Source of the DNA: Tricharina praecox
Taxonomy: Eukaryota
Assembly (NCBI RefSeq): GCF_024521635.1
Contig: NW_026250412.1
Coordinates: 744,001-808,000, forward strand
Reading direction: 5' to 3'
Length of the DNA: 64,000 nucleotides
The stretch's first letter is position 1, and each line of letters begins with the position of its first letter. Both the position numbers and the translations under genes were made by a program. Shown here in pieces: positions 39,671 to 52,070 of this stretch. The notes under the pieces are model-generated. The model was not told the DNA's origin, ran no database searches, and worked only from the letters and a program-made list of their open reading frames with translations.

Positions 39671-41137
39671 TAGAGGTTATTTTTGCACCCGTGGGTAGTT
39701 AGTAGTACGGCATATCATCATATCACGTGTTTGGTTTTTTGTTGGCTGGGCTCGAATCTTGGGGTCAAGAATTACTGTTTCTTTACAGACGTCAGTGGAA
39801 ATCTACCATGGGTCCGGGAGAGGATGCTGTAGACAAGGAGCCGCTGGAATGAAGTGGGCGGACAAAGAACAGACATCGGATGTTACCAGCAGTGAGTCTT
39901 TGAGGGCGGACGAGGGAAGTTTGAAGTCTGGGGTGCTTCGCTATTCATAGTATGAGGGACAACATTAATCAATCTAATAATCGGCGACGTTTCCGGACTT
40001 CGAAAGAGAAAACCATTCCTCCACTCCTTGCTTGCCACTCTCCACCAATGTACAACTTCGTACGGGGCTTCGCATAATGCTGCCACACGTGGACACCGTG
40101 AAATGCACAGAAACCGGTATCGAGCACGTTGAAATCTGGAAAGTGGGAGGTCGGTGGAGATATGCGAACTGGGGATGGATATCCACCGAGCTCCTGCATT
40201 GGCATTTGTGTCGAGGTCAAATTCCTTGCTCTCTTGGACTTGAAAGAACCCATCAATACACTTGTCTTTTGAGTGCTCACCTGAAATGAGATATACATAC
40301 CTACATCCACGGGGACCCGCTATCCGCGGTAGAGAAAAGCAGCCGCCAGCGGAACTACCGTTCCTTTGTTTGGGCCGGAGATGTAGCCATCACACGCTAC
40401 TGATAGAATCGTTTTCTTGGCGTCTTCAGTCGCCTCCGAAAGGTAGTAAATGCCTAATTCGTCCGAAATCCAGTGCTCCAGCGTTTCGTGAGGAATATCC
40501 GTGAGCTTGATATCGCATTGAGCTAGATAGAAGTCATTCTCCGGGGTGATATCGTGAATATCGATAAATTCCCCACGCCGTAGCGCGTTTTTTGCTGGCG
40601 CTTTTCACCGAAAAGGCCCGTGGGCCAGGTTGCGACGAGAAACGTCGGGCAATAGTATAGAGTAGTATTGTAACTCGGCGGACCGGTGTACGGGGTCTCC
40701 ACGCAATGGATTCGGCACGAGATTCCAGTGGAGAAACGCAAGGACCTCGGGACAGCCTTGAACGTCCCTGATGCACGGCGAAGGTGTAGGTATCCTGTTA
40801 TGTGTATAAGAGGCGGAAACGGCGAAGTCTGTATATTTCCGCCCATCTCATCAACGTATGTAGAGTAGTTAGCCCAACGGCACATGGCCTAGAGTAACTA
40901 ACCCCAATCCTTGGATTCGAGAATATCACCTGATCAGATTCTAGCCGCCTCCACCAATAGAAACGGCACACAGCAAACCCACATTGAACGCGCACAGTAT
41001 ACATGGCGGAATGTGCAGTATTTACCAGAGCAGTCTAGGTGCAGGGAATACCAGACGACTTGGGAGTGTCGATGGACCATGGGGGGTGTTGGAAACAATA
41101 GGTACCGATGCATGCCGCCGAGGGTTGATGGTGACTC

Positions 41138-41184
41138 GTGAGAGACGCAAAAACGGGTGAGAGACGCAAAAACGGGTGAGAGAC
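41138..41184. repeat. 19-bp direct tandem repeat (about 2.5 copies)
   Basis: GTGAGAGACGCAAAAACGG x2 followed by GTGAGAGAC. Confidence 0.85.
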
Positions 41185-41921
41185 ATAACCGTGAGCAATT
41201 GGAAAAGAGATCTATGATGATGTCATGGTTAGCAAGATGAGTGTCTGATGGTATGTATCATAAGAGACCGAACGGCGAACAGCCTAGGCGGGACTTGGCC
41301 ATACCTGAGTGAGGCCAATGGCCCAAGCTTGAGAGGGACCCTATCGGGTCTGAGTGCGACTTTGTCGGACTTGAGTGGGACTTACTGATTGAGGAGCAGG
41401 ACTTTGTACTGACCTGGCGAGACCAGCTGTCTTGGTGTGACTGCTGTGAACATCGTATGTAGGGACGGGGACGGAACTTCACCGATGGCGACGGGCTTAC
41501 CCGCTGCTCTGCGATCGCCGCTGCTGCTCGAGGTGTGTTGCGTGCTCAATCACTCTCGATTTTCTCTGCTCCGCCGGATCGTTGCAAGCCGGGCGCGGTG
41601 GAACGAGAGGAACTAGCAGAGGGCGGTTTGTTTACGCCCCGACGACAGAGGAAGCCAGTGTAAACAGGCAGCGCAGCACAGGTCCAAAAGTGGGTGCGGC
41701 AAACGTTAGTGGGTGTAGCCAGCGGTATATAAGGGTGGGCTCCCCCCCACCAGCTCACGAGGAAGGAAGAGTCAAAGGCAATTCAATCGAACACACACAC
41801 AACGAAAGGAACTCCATTACAACATCAAGACAGGTACGTTTTTGTTTCAGAAGGTAATGTCCACTTGTTTTAGATTCCAACAGCGGGGATAAGAATTCGA
41901 ACATCGTTACCTATCGCCTCC

Positions 41922-42259
41922 ATGCCTGGTCGAGACAAAATCGTGAGGGATGGCTGGGGTAGTCACACCAACTTCCAGGCTTCCTATGGATTGCGTACGA
42001 CGCCCGAGGGTCTTGAGGAGGGCAATAGGATCTTGGATGCAATGATGGAAAACGATAGGCGTGGAGATATGCACGGCGACAAGAGTGAGTGAGCCATGGG
42101 AACAGGGTGCAACTGTTCACTTGACCGGATATAGATCTAAAGATTGCGATAGGGATGAGGAACGATGATCGTATAGTTGAGCCGAGAGGAAGTTGTGCGA
42201 ATGGCCAGGGAGGATCAATGGGAGGAGCTGGTCCGGCGGGCGAAGGAGCGAAGAAATAA
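41922..42259 (+). CDS. Small uncharacterised fungal protein (95 aa spliced, 56 aa if unspliced), absent from the ORF track
   Basis: ATG 41922 gives MPGRDKIVRDGWGSHTNFQASYGLRTTPEGLEEGNRILDAMMENDRRG. TATATAA at 41726, putative 5'-UTR intron from 41834 (GTACGT), putative intron 42085-42134 (GTGAGT...CTTGAC...ATAG) adding a Gly-rich tail ending at TAA 42259. Confidence 0.7.
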
Positions 42260-42695
42260 GGACAACGGGAGAATGTGAGGCGGTATAGTTCATGTTAGAG
42301 GACTCGTAGTTGTCCGTTTGTCACGTGGGGAGCAGGTGCCAGCCCTCTAGCTCTGTAGAGGCTAGTATGACCAATTGTAAGCTATGGGACTTTCCAACCT
42401 TAAAAGGAGAGCTGTTGAGATAATAATAGATCATCATTCTCTCTCACTTCTTTCCTTTTGCCGTGCACAGCCCATCACTGTGACTGTGTGACACCGTTCG
42501 TCTTGTCGATCCTTCTCTTGTTCAACACATCAGACATCATCATAGATTTTAGACTACCTACTCGAATAATTCATCACACCTCTCTTTATATCTCGTCCCG
42601 CTCTCAGGTCTCTCAATAGGACTCGTAGTTCAAGCAAGTAGCTTATGCTGTATGACAGATATTAGTACCTTTAGACAGTTCAAGAAACATCTAAA

Positions 42696-42775
42696 GATTC
42701 AGTAGTGTAGGGGTATCATGGGCGCTTGCCAAAAGCATTATGCGCCCGACCCGGGTTCAAATCCCGGCTGAATCA
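42696..42775 (+). tRNA. tRNA-Gly(GCC) with 9-nt intron (42732-42740), copy 2
   Basis: Mature sequence identical to 5862-5942; intron AAAGCATTA differs from copy 1 (CCCAGCATTC). Confidence 0.9.
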
Positions 42776-43235
42776 TCAACCATGTCACCACTCTTGAGTG
42801 GTGAAGCTTTTGCTTTCTTTTGTGGGTGAGAGTGGTGTTGCAACGGTAAATTTTGTTGTGCGAGAAGATTTCGATTCAGACGCCTGGCTATGGCTTGTTA
42901 CTTTACCTTTTGAATGCCGATGTATGATACCATGTGTTACAACTTACAGGTGGCTTCCTCCGTGGTTTGCGGAAAGTGCGCGGCCCTGGATGGGTTTGAT
43001 GTGCAGATAGGTAGGTAAAAGGACGTCTGGAAGCATGTCTGCCGGCGGGGAGTCCATGCATGTATGATATGTACAATGCGGAACCGCGGATGTGCAGACG
43101 TGTTGATGAAATGGGTGTTCCAGCCATAGAATACCTACCTTGGTAGGTTCGTAAGAGCGCGGTTCATCAAAGCTTCAAGCAAGCGGTACTTTACCTTCTG
43201 CTGCTTCTGCTGTGAGTCGTATGTATAGTATTCGA

Positions 43236-43324
43236 TGGCTTTGACTCTGGATCTGATTTTGACTCTGACTTTGGCTTTGGCTTTGACTCTGATTTTGACT
43301 CCGACATTGACTCTGGCTTTGGCC
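43236..43324. repeat. Degenerate hexamer microsatellite (TGACTC/TGGCTT/TGATTT)
   Basis: About 14 units in strict 6-nt phase; TGACTC at 43242, 43260, 43284, 43296, 43308. Confidence 0.8.
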
Positions 43325-45789
43325 CGAATGCAATGCGCCAGAGGTTCCAGCCTTCCGCTGGGTTAGTTGAATACTACATGTGCACACTGCACTGTGCAGG
43401 CCTACATACCACGTGCAGCCATGCATGCGCGCGCAGTTAATGCCCGCCCGCCGCCCGCTCGCCGGCGCGGCGCGGCGTTAAGAAGTGCAGGATGCTAAAG
43501 AAGTGATTGGTGCGGTTGGCCACGGCGGTAGGCAGAGTATGGAGGTGGAGGTGGAGAGTTGTGAGGACAAGGTTGGCCAGCCTCGAGCTGATGCCTAGGA
43601 TACCTGCCTTCCTACATATGTACCCAGATCCGTAGGGATTGGGGGCGCGGTGGGTGGAGTAGGGCGGCACTGGGGCACTGGCACTGGCAGGGCGGCACGG
43701 AAGTACCTATTTGCGGTCTTTCCCGCGCACACCGCACTCGCCCCATGGGCCATCACGGCAAACCCGGGGGCCGGCCGGGAAGGCACTCAACCGACCGGCC
43801 ACCGGCGTGTCAATTTGCAGTGGTTGAACGGACAGGACAGGACACCTTCTCTCCCCGCCACCCGCCCGTAGCTTTTCACCATGGATCGTCAGGCGGCGAT
43901 GAATATCCGTCCCCCTCCCCCGCCCCTCTCCCCCTGCCCCCTTCCCCGCCCCCTCCACTGCGCAGATCTCGTGGCGTCCGAAGAATCCGAAGTCCGAAGT
44001 CCGGATAATCCGCGGCCCTCTCCGAGTACCTCCCCATCCTTGGGCCCGGATTACGCCCCCCCAAATACTAGTAGCGCTACCTAGCACCTCTATGTGCGAG
44101 TTGAAACTTACAGGCCCAGATCTTCCAGAACGTCCGTACTTACTCTGTTTGTGTGAGTTCCCACTGCCCAGTACCAGAGCCCACCAACCAACCAAGCAAC
44201 CAACCAGCCGCCGCCGCGCCGCACATGGTTTCTGGTCTGGTCGAGCTGCAGTGCTGCAGCTTGACAGTCGCCGCCGGACCGCCGGTACCTACCTAAATCA
44301 GGCTCAGGGACTCTAGTGTGCTATGTACTGTACATAAGTGTAGAGTACATGTCTAGTGGACTCTGGAGGGCCGAGGCGATGCCCCGCGTGAGCACCGGCG
44401 GTGGGTGAAGGTGGGTGAAGGAGGGTGAGGCTTATCTGTCTGGGGTTATCATCTGGTTGACCGGGCGGGCAGGGCAGGGTGGGCGGGGTGGGATGGGATG
44501 TCGCTGGGGTGGGAGACGTGGGAGTGGAGGCTGATTTTTTATGTTTTATTTTCTGTACATCTTGTATTTCTTGTGTTTCTTTATATTTCTTGTACTTTTT
44601 TATATTTTTTTATATGTTTTTGTTCCGTACTACCCGCATTAAGCCTAGCCTCATAATTTGGTGGAGGCTAAGGAGTGACCGACCGCCGAGCGACCGACCG
44701 TGCGAGTATAAACGGATGCATTGAGTAAAGCACTTATTTCTGTTTTGCTTTCTCGATTCCACACGATTCGCTGCTCCTGCTCCGGCTGCTGCACCTAAAT
44801 CCGCTTCTGGTATTTGCTTTTGAAACTGAAATTTATTCTGCATCCGCCGGAACCCAGCCCACCACCACCACCATCTCTCCGCACCGATCAACACGAATCA
44901 GTCAAGTCCTCTCAAGTCCTCTCCTCCAAGTCAAGTCCACTCCAGCCAAGGGTCCTATCCTGGTCGCCACTAGCAATTCGCCCCTTCCACTCCCACCCCC
45001 CTACCCCCCCACCGTTTTCGCTTGTCGAACCTACCCTCGCCTCCATAGGAATGGTAATAAACAACATGCTCACCTCCACCACCACCACAACCACCTTCTT
45101 CTCCTCCTCCTCTGCCTCCTACCTATCCTTCCCTTTCTCCGCATTTCCGTGATACATCCACCCAGATACCCTACCTACGTGCCACAAGTGCTGAACTTGT
45201 GATCTCTCCCTTTCCTCACGAGACCGCCTCATCCCACCCCCCCTACCCTACATCCTCACTTCTGCCCTTCACGCTTGTGCCGTGCGTGTGCTTGTCGTTT
45301 GGAGTTGCAGCTGCTCGTCGTGTGAAAGCGGAAAACCAAAAGCTCAATTCTTGATCAGGGGTTGTCTGTACCCACGTCTGATCCCCCCGGCACTCGGGCT
45401 CCCTCCTCTTTACTTTAACGCGCGGGCTTCCTCTTCTTTTACCGTGTACCCTACCTACTTTAACGCGCGGACTCCTTCGTCTCTTCCCCTCTTTCTATCC
45501 TCCTCCTCAACAACGAATCGCAGTCCCTCGTTAGGTCCTACTTTACCCTGAGGGATCCTTACCGCCAGCCTGCCACTCACCTCACCCACTCGATCCGCCG
45601 TCACCGGGTCAACCATCGGCAGCCTGTCTAACCCGAGAACTTGGATATTTTGCCGTGCACCTGTTGCAGCCTGATTGCCCTGCCCAGCCTCCTTGAACGA
45701 ACCCACCTACAAACGCACGACCTGTCGAACAAACGGACGACGCATACCTACCCTAATCACAACCCACATCCACAACCAAAGTCGCAGCT

Positions 45790-47582
45790 ATGGCAGCAAC
45801 AGCTCAACTAGCCTCGTCCAGCTCCGGAAGCAACACGCGTGGCTGGACCTCCATCTGCCGCTCCCTCCCCTTCCGCGGCCGACGACGCTCCAACTCGCAA
45901 CCCGTACTCAACGCTGCCTCTCACGACTCGATGCTTATCGGGGACGGCTTTGAAACTGCACTTGCTACAACAGCTGACTCGAAGCCCGAGGGCCGTGGTG
46001 GACCGATAAAGAAGACGGTGCGGAAGCTTATGCGGAGGGCGTCGCACTCGTTTCGACCCGGAAGCGAAAAGGGTCCTTTGGTGGTCAGTGGGCCCGGAAG
46101 GAAGGGACGCGGGAAGGGGAGAGCCCTGATGGGGGATGCCGAGAGCGGGATTGTGCTCGACGAGAGGGACGTCGGGGATAATTATTATTGCGCCGATGCG
46201 TTGATGAAGAGAGTTGGTATGCGCGACGGATATACCCGACGGGAGCGAGGTGTGGAGAATGCTAATCGGCTGGAACCTGAATAGACCCCGTTGGTTGTCT
46301 TCCCGCCGAGATCACGTCACAGATCATGTCGTACCTCGACCATCGGAGTCTGGTCAACTGCGAATCGGTTTCTCGAAGATGGCGCGAGGCGGCGGTCAAT
46401 CGTCACGTCTGGCGATCGATATTCCGCGCCGAGCACGGGCCGTGGGAGTCGGAGCCTGGAAAGGATTGGAAGAGGATGTTCGCCGTCAACAAGGAGCTAC
46501 ATTCGCGATGGACCAAGGCGGAGATGACTTACAAGTACATGAAAGGCCACACCGACAGCGTTTACTGCGTGCAGTTTGACGAGTATGTGCATCTTTCTTC
46601 ATTAGGCTCCGAAACTGGCTAACGATCTGACAGCACAAAAATCATCACCGGCTCCCGAGATCAGTCGATCAGGGTCTGGGATATCAAGAGTGGGGACTGT
46701 GTCAAGATTCTTTCGGCTGCAGCCAGCACGGATGCGACACTGGGGGACGTGGCTCCAGTCTCTCAATTCCACACTGCTTCGGTACTATGCCTGCAGTTTG
46801 ACGACCAAATCTTGGTGTCGGGTTCATCGGACAACACCTGCATCGTCTGGTCGCTTCCCTCATACACCCCCATCGGAAGGCTGTCGACGCACACGGCTGG
46901 AGTCTTGGACGTCTGCTTCGACGTCCATCACATCGTCTCGTGCTCCAAGGACACGACCATCTGCATCTGGGACCGTAACACGCGCAAGCTGATCCGCCAG
47001 CTCAAAGGCCACCGCGGCCCCGTTAACGCCGTTGCAATCCGTGGCAGACAGATTGTCAGCGCCTCCGGGGATGCACTAGTGAAGCTGTGGGATCTTGACA
47101 CGGGCGAGTGCATCCGCGAGTTCAAAGGCCACCATAGAGGGTTGGCGTGCGTCCAGTTCAGCGAAGATGCAAAGACCATCGTCAGCGGGGGTAACGACCA
47201 GGATATCCGCGTGTGGGATGCTACGACGGGTACGTGCTTGAAGACGCTGCACGGACATAAGGATCTCGTGCGGACGCTTCACTTAGATTCGAGGAACCGC
47301 AGGATCATTTCGGGTTCATACGATGCGGTAGTTATCCCAATCTCCGATAACAGCACCCGTTGGATAAGTTACTGACATTGGTTATAGAGTGTCAAAGTAT
47401 GGAGTCTCGACACTGGCAAGATGATCCTCGACATCAAGCAGTTCCACTCGACGTGGATTCTGGCCGCAAAAGCGGACTTTAAGCGAATCGTGAGCACTAG
47501 TCAAGATAGCCGGACGTTGCTGTTGGATTTCGGTGCGGGCGTCAAGGGATTAGAGTTATTACAGCCGACTGCGAAGTATTGA
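45790..47582 (+). CDS. fwd-1: F-box/WD40 SCF substrate receptor, beta-TrCP-like (FWD-1/Pof11)
   Basis: F-box DPVGCLPAEITSQIMSYLD...VSRRW; WD repeats GHTDSVYCVQFDEHKIITGSRD, GHRGPVNAV, GHHRGLACVQFS; C-terminus WILAAKADFKRIVSTSQD. Three introns; start codon tentative. Confidence 0.88.
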
Positions 47583-47984
47583 TTGGTCGCTATGCGGGTC
47601 CATTGTATTCATTGTCTTAAGCTTTTGTTGTTGTTTCCGTCACCGGGGGCTTTTGGGTCGGTTTTTGGATGTAGTTACCACCTCCCCTTGCATTGTACTT
47701 ATTCGCTTGGGGTCTTTTCGTTTCTCTTCTTTCTGTCTTGCTTCAGCCCGCTCGGCGTCCGTTTTGTTTTCATATTAGTTGTATGTTCTTGTGGTTCGCC
47801 TTCACTGGTTCGGGGGTTTCTAGATTTCTGGTTTGGCTGTGGATGGTGGTGTGGAAAAATGCATTCACTCATTCATTGCTTTGAAGATTGTTAGTCCGAT
47901 GCGGTGAGTATGTAAACGAGTGATGGATTGCCTGCTATATGCGCTGCTTCCTGTTATTCGTAAAAGTGGAGTAAAATTACATGC

Positions 47985-48048
47985 AGAAATAAACGTGCAT
48001 CACATGCCGTATCTAAGAAATAAACGTGCCATTACATGCCGTGTCTAA
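47985..48048. repeat. 31-bp imperfect tandem duplication between convergent genes
   Basis: AGAAATAAACGTGCATCACATGCCGTATCTA followed by AGAAATAAACGTGCCATTACATGCCGTGTCTA. Confidence 0.8.
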
Positions 48049-48122
48049 GGAGAGAATATGGGAAAGAAAAGGAAAAGAAAGAAAAGAGTAACACCAGCCC
48101 AACCCGGGCGCAATCGTAGATA

Positions 48123-49103
48123 TCACTTCCTCCCGGGTCCCGAGGGTCCATTGCCACCATTCAGACCCTGCTGCTCCCGCATCTGAGCCCTCGCCATCCT
48201 GCTACCACCCAGCTTCGGTCCCTTCGGCCTCTTCTTATCCTCCTTCTTATTCCCCTTGGTCTTGGGATCTGCGCCGCGCCTCCTCCTCTTGGACAGGATC
48301 GCATCAATAAACTCCTTCCGAAACTTCTCGGCGATCTTATCGTCTGCCGCGCCCTCCTCATCACGATCCTCCTCCTCGGCCGCATCCTCAGGATACAGAT
48401 CCAGCCTGGTCTCCTTGAGCACCTCCTCGACGAGCCTATCCCGCTCAATATCCTGACTGTTCCTCCTCCTGCGCTGCCTCCTCCTCCCGCCCGCCACATC
48501 CGCCTGCACCTCGCCCCCGCCCGTAAGCGCCTGTGCCGTCAACGCAATATTCCTCTGCTTGACCTCCTCGCCCAGATCGACCTCATGGAGCTTGCCGAGT
48601 GTAGCGCCGCGAGCCTCGGGACGTGTCGGCGCCCAGTAACTACTCTTGCCACCTTCGTGCTGCATGCGCTCATCATCCTCTCCCCCTCCTCCCGCCCCCA
48701 GTGCCATCTCTGCCGCCCCAGCCCCAGCTCCAGCCGCCTCCCCCCGTCGCCGCGACATCTGCTGCTCCACGTACGCCATCATGTGCTTATCGACATCGGT
48801 GACCTGTCCCGTCTGGTGCGTGAAGCGGTTCACGACGGCGAGGGTCTCGGCCTCGAGCGCGCGGTCTTCGGTCGATAGGTCGGTGCTCGTCGTTGGAGGT
48901 TGGGTGGGCGTGGGCGTCGACGTGGAGGTCACTTCGAGGCCGAAGCGGTGGCGGGGGCGGGGGCGCTGCACGGCGGGCTCTGTCGTGGGCTCTGTCGTGG
49001 AGGCTGCGGGTGGGGACAGAGAGCGCCGTCGTCGGATGTTTTGCGCTAGCTTCCGACGCTTCGAGGGGATGAAGGTTAGAGGTGGGGGGGCGGTGGTTGA
49101 CAT
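48123..49103 (-). CDS. Tls1/C9orf78 (HCA59 family) splicing-associated protein
   Basis: Single-exon 326 aa ORF with RFTHQTGQ..DVDKHMMAYVE, LGKLHEVDLG, AADDKIAEKFRKEF, GPKLGGSR motifs. Confidence 0.82.
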   Translation of the reverse strand: MSTTAPPPLTFIPSKRRKLAQNIRRRRSLSPPAASTTEPTTEPAVQRPRPRHRFGLEVTSTSTPTPTQPPTTSTDLSTEDRALEAETLAVVNRFTHQTGQVTDVDKHMMAYVEQQMSRRRGEAAGAGAGAAEMALGAGGGGEDDERMQHEGGKSSYWAPTRPEARGATLGKLHEVDLGEEVKQRNIALTAQALTGGGEVQADVAGGRRRQRRRRNSQDIERDRLVEEVLKETRLDLYPEDAAEEEDRDEEGAADDKIAEKFRKEFIDAILSKRRRRGADPKTKGNKKEDKKRPKGPKLGGSRMARAQMREQQGLNGGNGPSGPGRK

Positions 49104-49630
49104 GCTGCTTGTTGGTCGTGGTGGTGGTGAAGGGGGATGTGGTTTTGGGTTGGGTTGGGGTGTGGTGGAGGGTAGGTGTGGGAAGGTGAAGGTAGGTGAA
49201 GGTGAAGGTTCACGAAAAGGTACGCTTCGGGTGGCGCTACAGACTTGCTTGGCGGCGATCTGGGGCTAGTTCGAAAGTTTAGGATCAGGGATAAATACGG
49301 TGTCATGTTGCGGTCGAATTGTTTAGAAGGATGGATCTCCAGCCGATCTTATTAACTGCTTCACCGCTCGAGGATGTTCTTTCTACGGATCCCACTTCCG
49401 GCGGACGAATGGAATGTTGATGATGGAATTGCTGGCACTCAACGGATATCACTCGACCCGCGTGGGTTCAGCGCTACCCGGCTCTCGGCTAGCTCGGTCT
49501 AGGGCGCCAATACTTATCAATCGATCTGATAGAAATGTTGAATTTTACTACTGCATCTGGGTTGCTGTGCTGTGCTCGTGCTCGTGCTCCTCCGGCAGCA
49601 GTGCAGTGCTCTTCTACAACCCCCACTTCA

Positions 49631-52070
49631 ATGTACCGGTCAATTGTTCCCTCGTGGCGGACCCTCTGCTCCAAATGTCTGCGGCAACAACTGCAGAAAA
49701 ACCTCCTCCACCGTGACCACCACCGACGACCATACGGCACCGCCGCCGCCCTCGGGAACTACGTCTCGCAACAAAACGTAGGTAGTAGTAGAAGCTCGAG
49801 CTTCAATCCTGCTCTACACTCTGCGCCCAATGCCGCTGCCGACGATAAAACGCTGAGGGAGATATTGTAGGTGACCTAGCACCTTCCCTCCTCCCTCCTC
49901 CCTCCCTCCACCTCCCTTCAACTAACTTGGAACCAGCGACAACGCCGAGCTCTGGTCCCAATTCCTGCGCAAATCCGGCGACCCCACGGCCACGCGCACA
50001 GGGCTATTCCACAACAAGGACCTGACGTCACCGCTGGGGTTCCGAAAGTATGCGTCGCGGACACTTTCGAAGGCGAAAGCCTTGGTTGAGCAGATCGTTA
50101 ACGCGAGCACGCGCGAGGAGCTCGCGCGGGTCGTGCTCGACCTCGACCGCCTGAGCGATCTGCTCTGCCGCGTTATCGACATGTCGGATTTCGTGCGCGC
50201 GACACATCCCGATCGCAAGATTGTCGCTGCTGCGAATGAGGCTTATGCCGCTATGTTCGAGTATATGCATGTCCTCAATACGACGACGGGGCTGTATACC
50301 ACGCTTAAGAGGGCCCTGCAGGATCCGGAGGTGGGAAAGAGGTGGACTGATGATGAGAGGACGGTAGCAGAGATCCTGTTCAAGGACTTTGAGAAGTCGG
50401 GGATTAATCTGCCCGGGTATGTGCGCAAGCGCTGGGTCGAGCTTACGAGTGAGATTGCCGAGTTGGGGGCGGGGTTCGTTAATGAGATGGAGCCGGAGAA
50501 GGCGGTGCTGGAGTTCGAGAGCTCGAGGATGCGAGGGATGGATCCGATGGTGGTGCGGGAGCTGACGAGTCGCGGGAAGATACGGATTCCGACCGTTGGC
50601 ATGGCGGCGAATCATGCGTTGAGGACCGTCGAGGATCCCGCGGTGAGGAGGGAGCTGTATCTGGCCAATCATACCAGCTCGAAAAAGCAGATTGGCGTGC
50701 TGGAGAAGCTGTTGAAGCGCAGGACGGAGCTGGCGACGCTGGTGGGCTGTGAGAGTTTTGGGCAGCACACGCTGATGGATAAGATGGCGGGGACGCCGGA
50801 TGCGGTGATGCAATTCCTGGAAGCACTGGCGACAGCAAACCTGCCTGCTGCGCAGGCGGAGTTCAATACGCTCACGAAGCTCAAACGAGACCAGGGCATC
50901 GCTGGCACATTGGAGCCATGGGATCGAGACTACTATGCAAGCAAGCTCACGTTTGCGCTGCGCGACCGCTCGAAATCAGACCATGACCTGTCGGCATACT
51001 TCTCACTAGGCACGGTGATGCAAGGGCTCTCTCGGCTGTTCACGCGGCTGTACGGTGTGCGCTTCATCCCGCGGGAGCCCTCACCGGGAGAGACCTGGAA
51101 CAGCGACGTGCGGCGTCTGGACGTGGTCTCGGAAAGCGACGGCCCCATCGCGGTAGTCTACTGCGATCTCTTCGAGCGCATGGGCAAGAACCCCAACCCG
51201 GCGCACTTCACCGTGCGCTGCTCACGTCACATCCCCGAGTCCGAAATCGCCGAGTCGGCGCTCCTCGGCGAGCGCGCCGACGACGGCATGGCCTCCGCCA
51301 TCCGCGCCGGCACCTCCGACCTCTACCAGCTCCCGACCATCGCACTCATCTGCGACTTCCCGCGCCCCATCAACCGCAAGCCCACGCTCCTCAACTTCCG
51401 CGAAGTCCAAACGCTCTTCCACGAGATGGGACATGCGGTGCACTCGATGCTCGGGCGCACCTCACTGCACAACGTCGCGGGCACGCGCTGCGCAACCGAC
51501 TGGGCCGAGCTCCCCTCGGTTTTGATGGAGCACTTCGCGCGGGACCCGACGGTGCTCTCCCTCTTCGCACGGCACTACTCGACCGACGAGCCGCTGCCAT
51601 ACGCGCAGCTACAGCACCGCCTCGCGCGCGACGAGCTCCTCGAGGCGTCGGAAACGCGGCACCAGATCCTGCTCGCTTTGCTAGATCAGCACTACTACAC
51701 ATCCTTGCCGCTGGCGCGCGACTTCAGCAGCACGGCGATCTACCGCCAGGTCGAGCGGCAGTACTCGCTGCTGCCGCACGCGGACGGCACTAGCTGGCAG
51801 GGCTTCTTTGGGCATCTGTATGGCTATGGCGCTACGTACTACGCGTACCTCTTTGATCGCGCGATTGCGGCGAAGGTCTGGCGTGACGTGTTTGAGTTGG
51901 ACCCCCTGCAAAGGGAAAGTGGTGAGAAGTTTAGTGAGGAGGTGCTGAGATGGGGGGGTGCGAGGAGCGGCTGGAAGTGCCTGGCTGGCGTGTTGGGGAG
52001 GGAGGAGATCAGTGAGGGCGGCGAGGAGGCTATGAGGGAGGTGGGGAGGTGGGGGAGGGAGTTGAAGTAG
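49631..52070 (+). CDS. OCT1: Mitochondrial intermediate peptidase (peptidase M3A)
   Basis: Presequence from ATG 49631, one intron (~49867-49936); LDRLSDLLCRVIDMSDFVR, KNPNPAHFTVRCSR, TLFHEMGHAVHS, FGHLYGYGATYY. Confidence 0.96.

Noticed and set aside
41138..41184. Direct repeats as a CRISPR-like array
   Set aside because: Adjacent copies without spacers, eukaryotic context, no cas genes.
43236..43324. Five TGACTC cores as a Gcn4/CPC-1 array
   Set aside because: None is the full TGACTCA and all are in 6-nt phase with other variants, which indicates a microsatellite.
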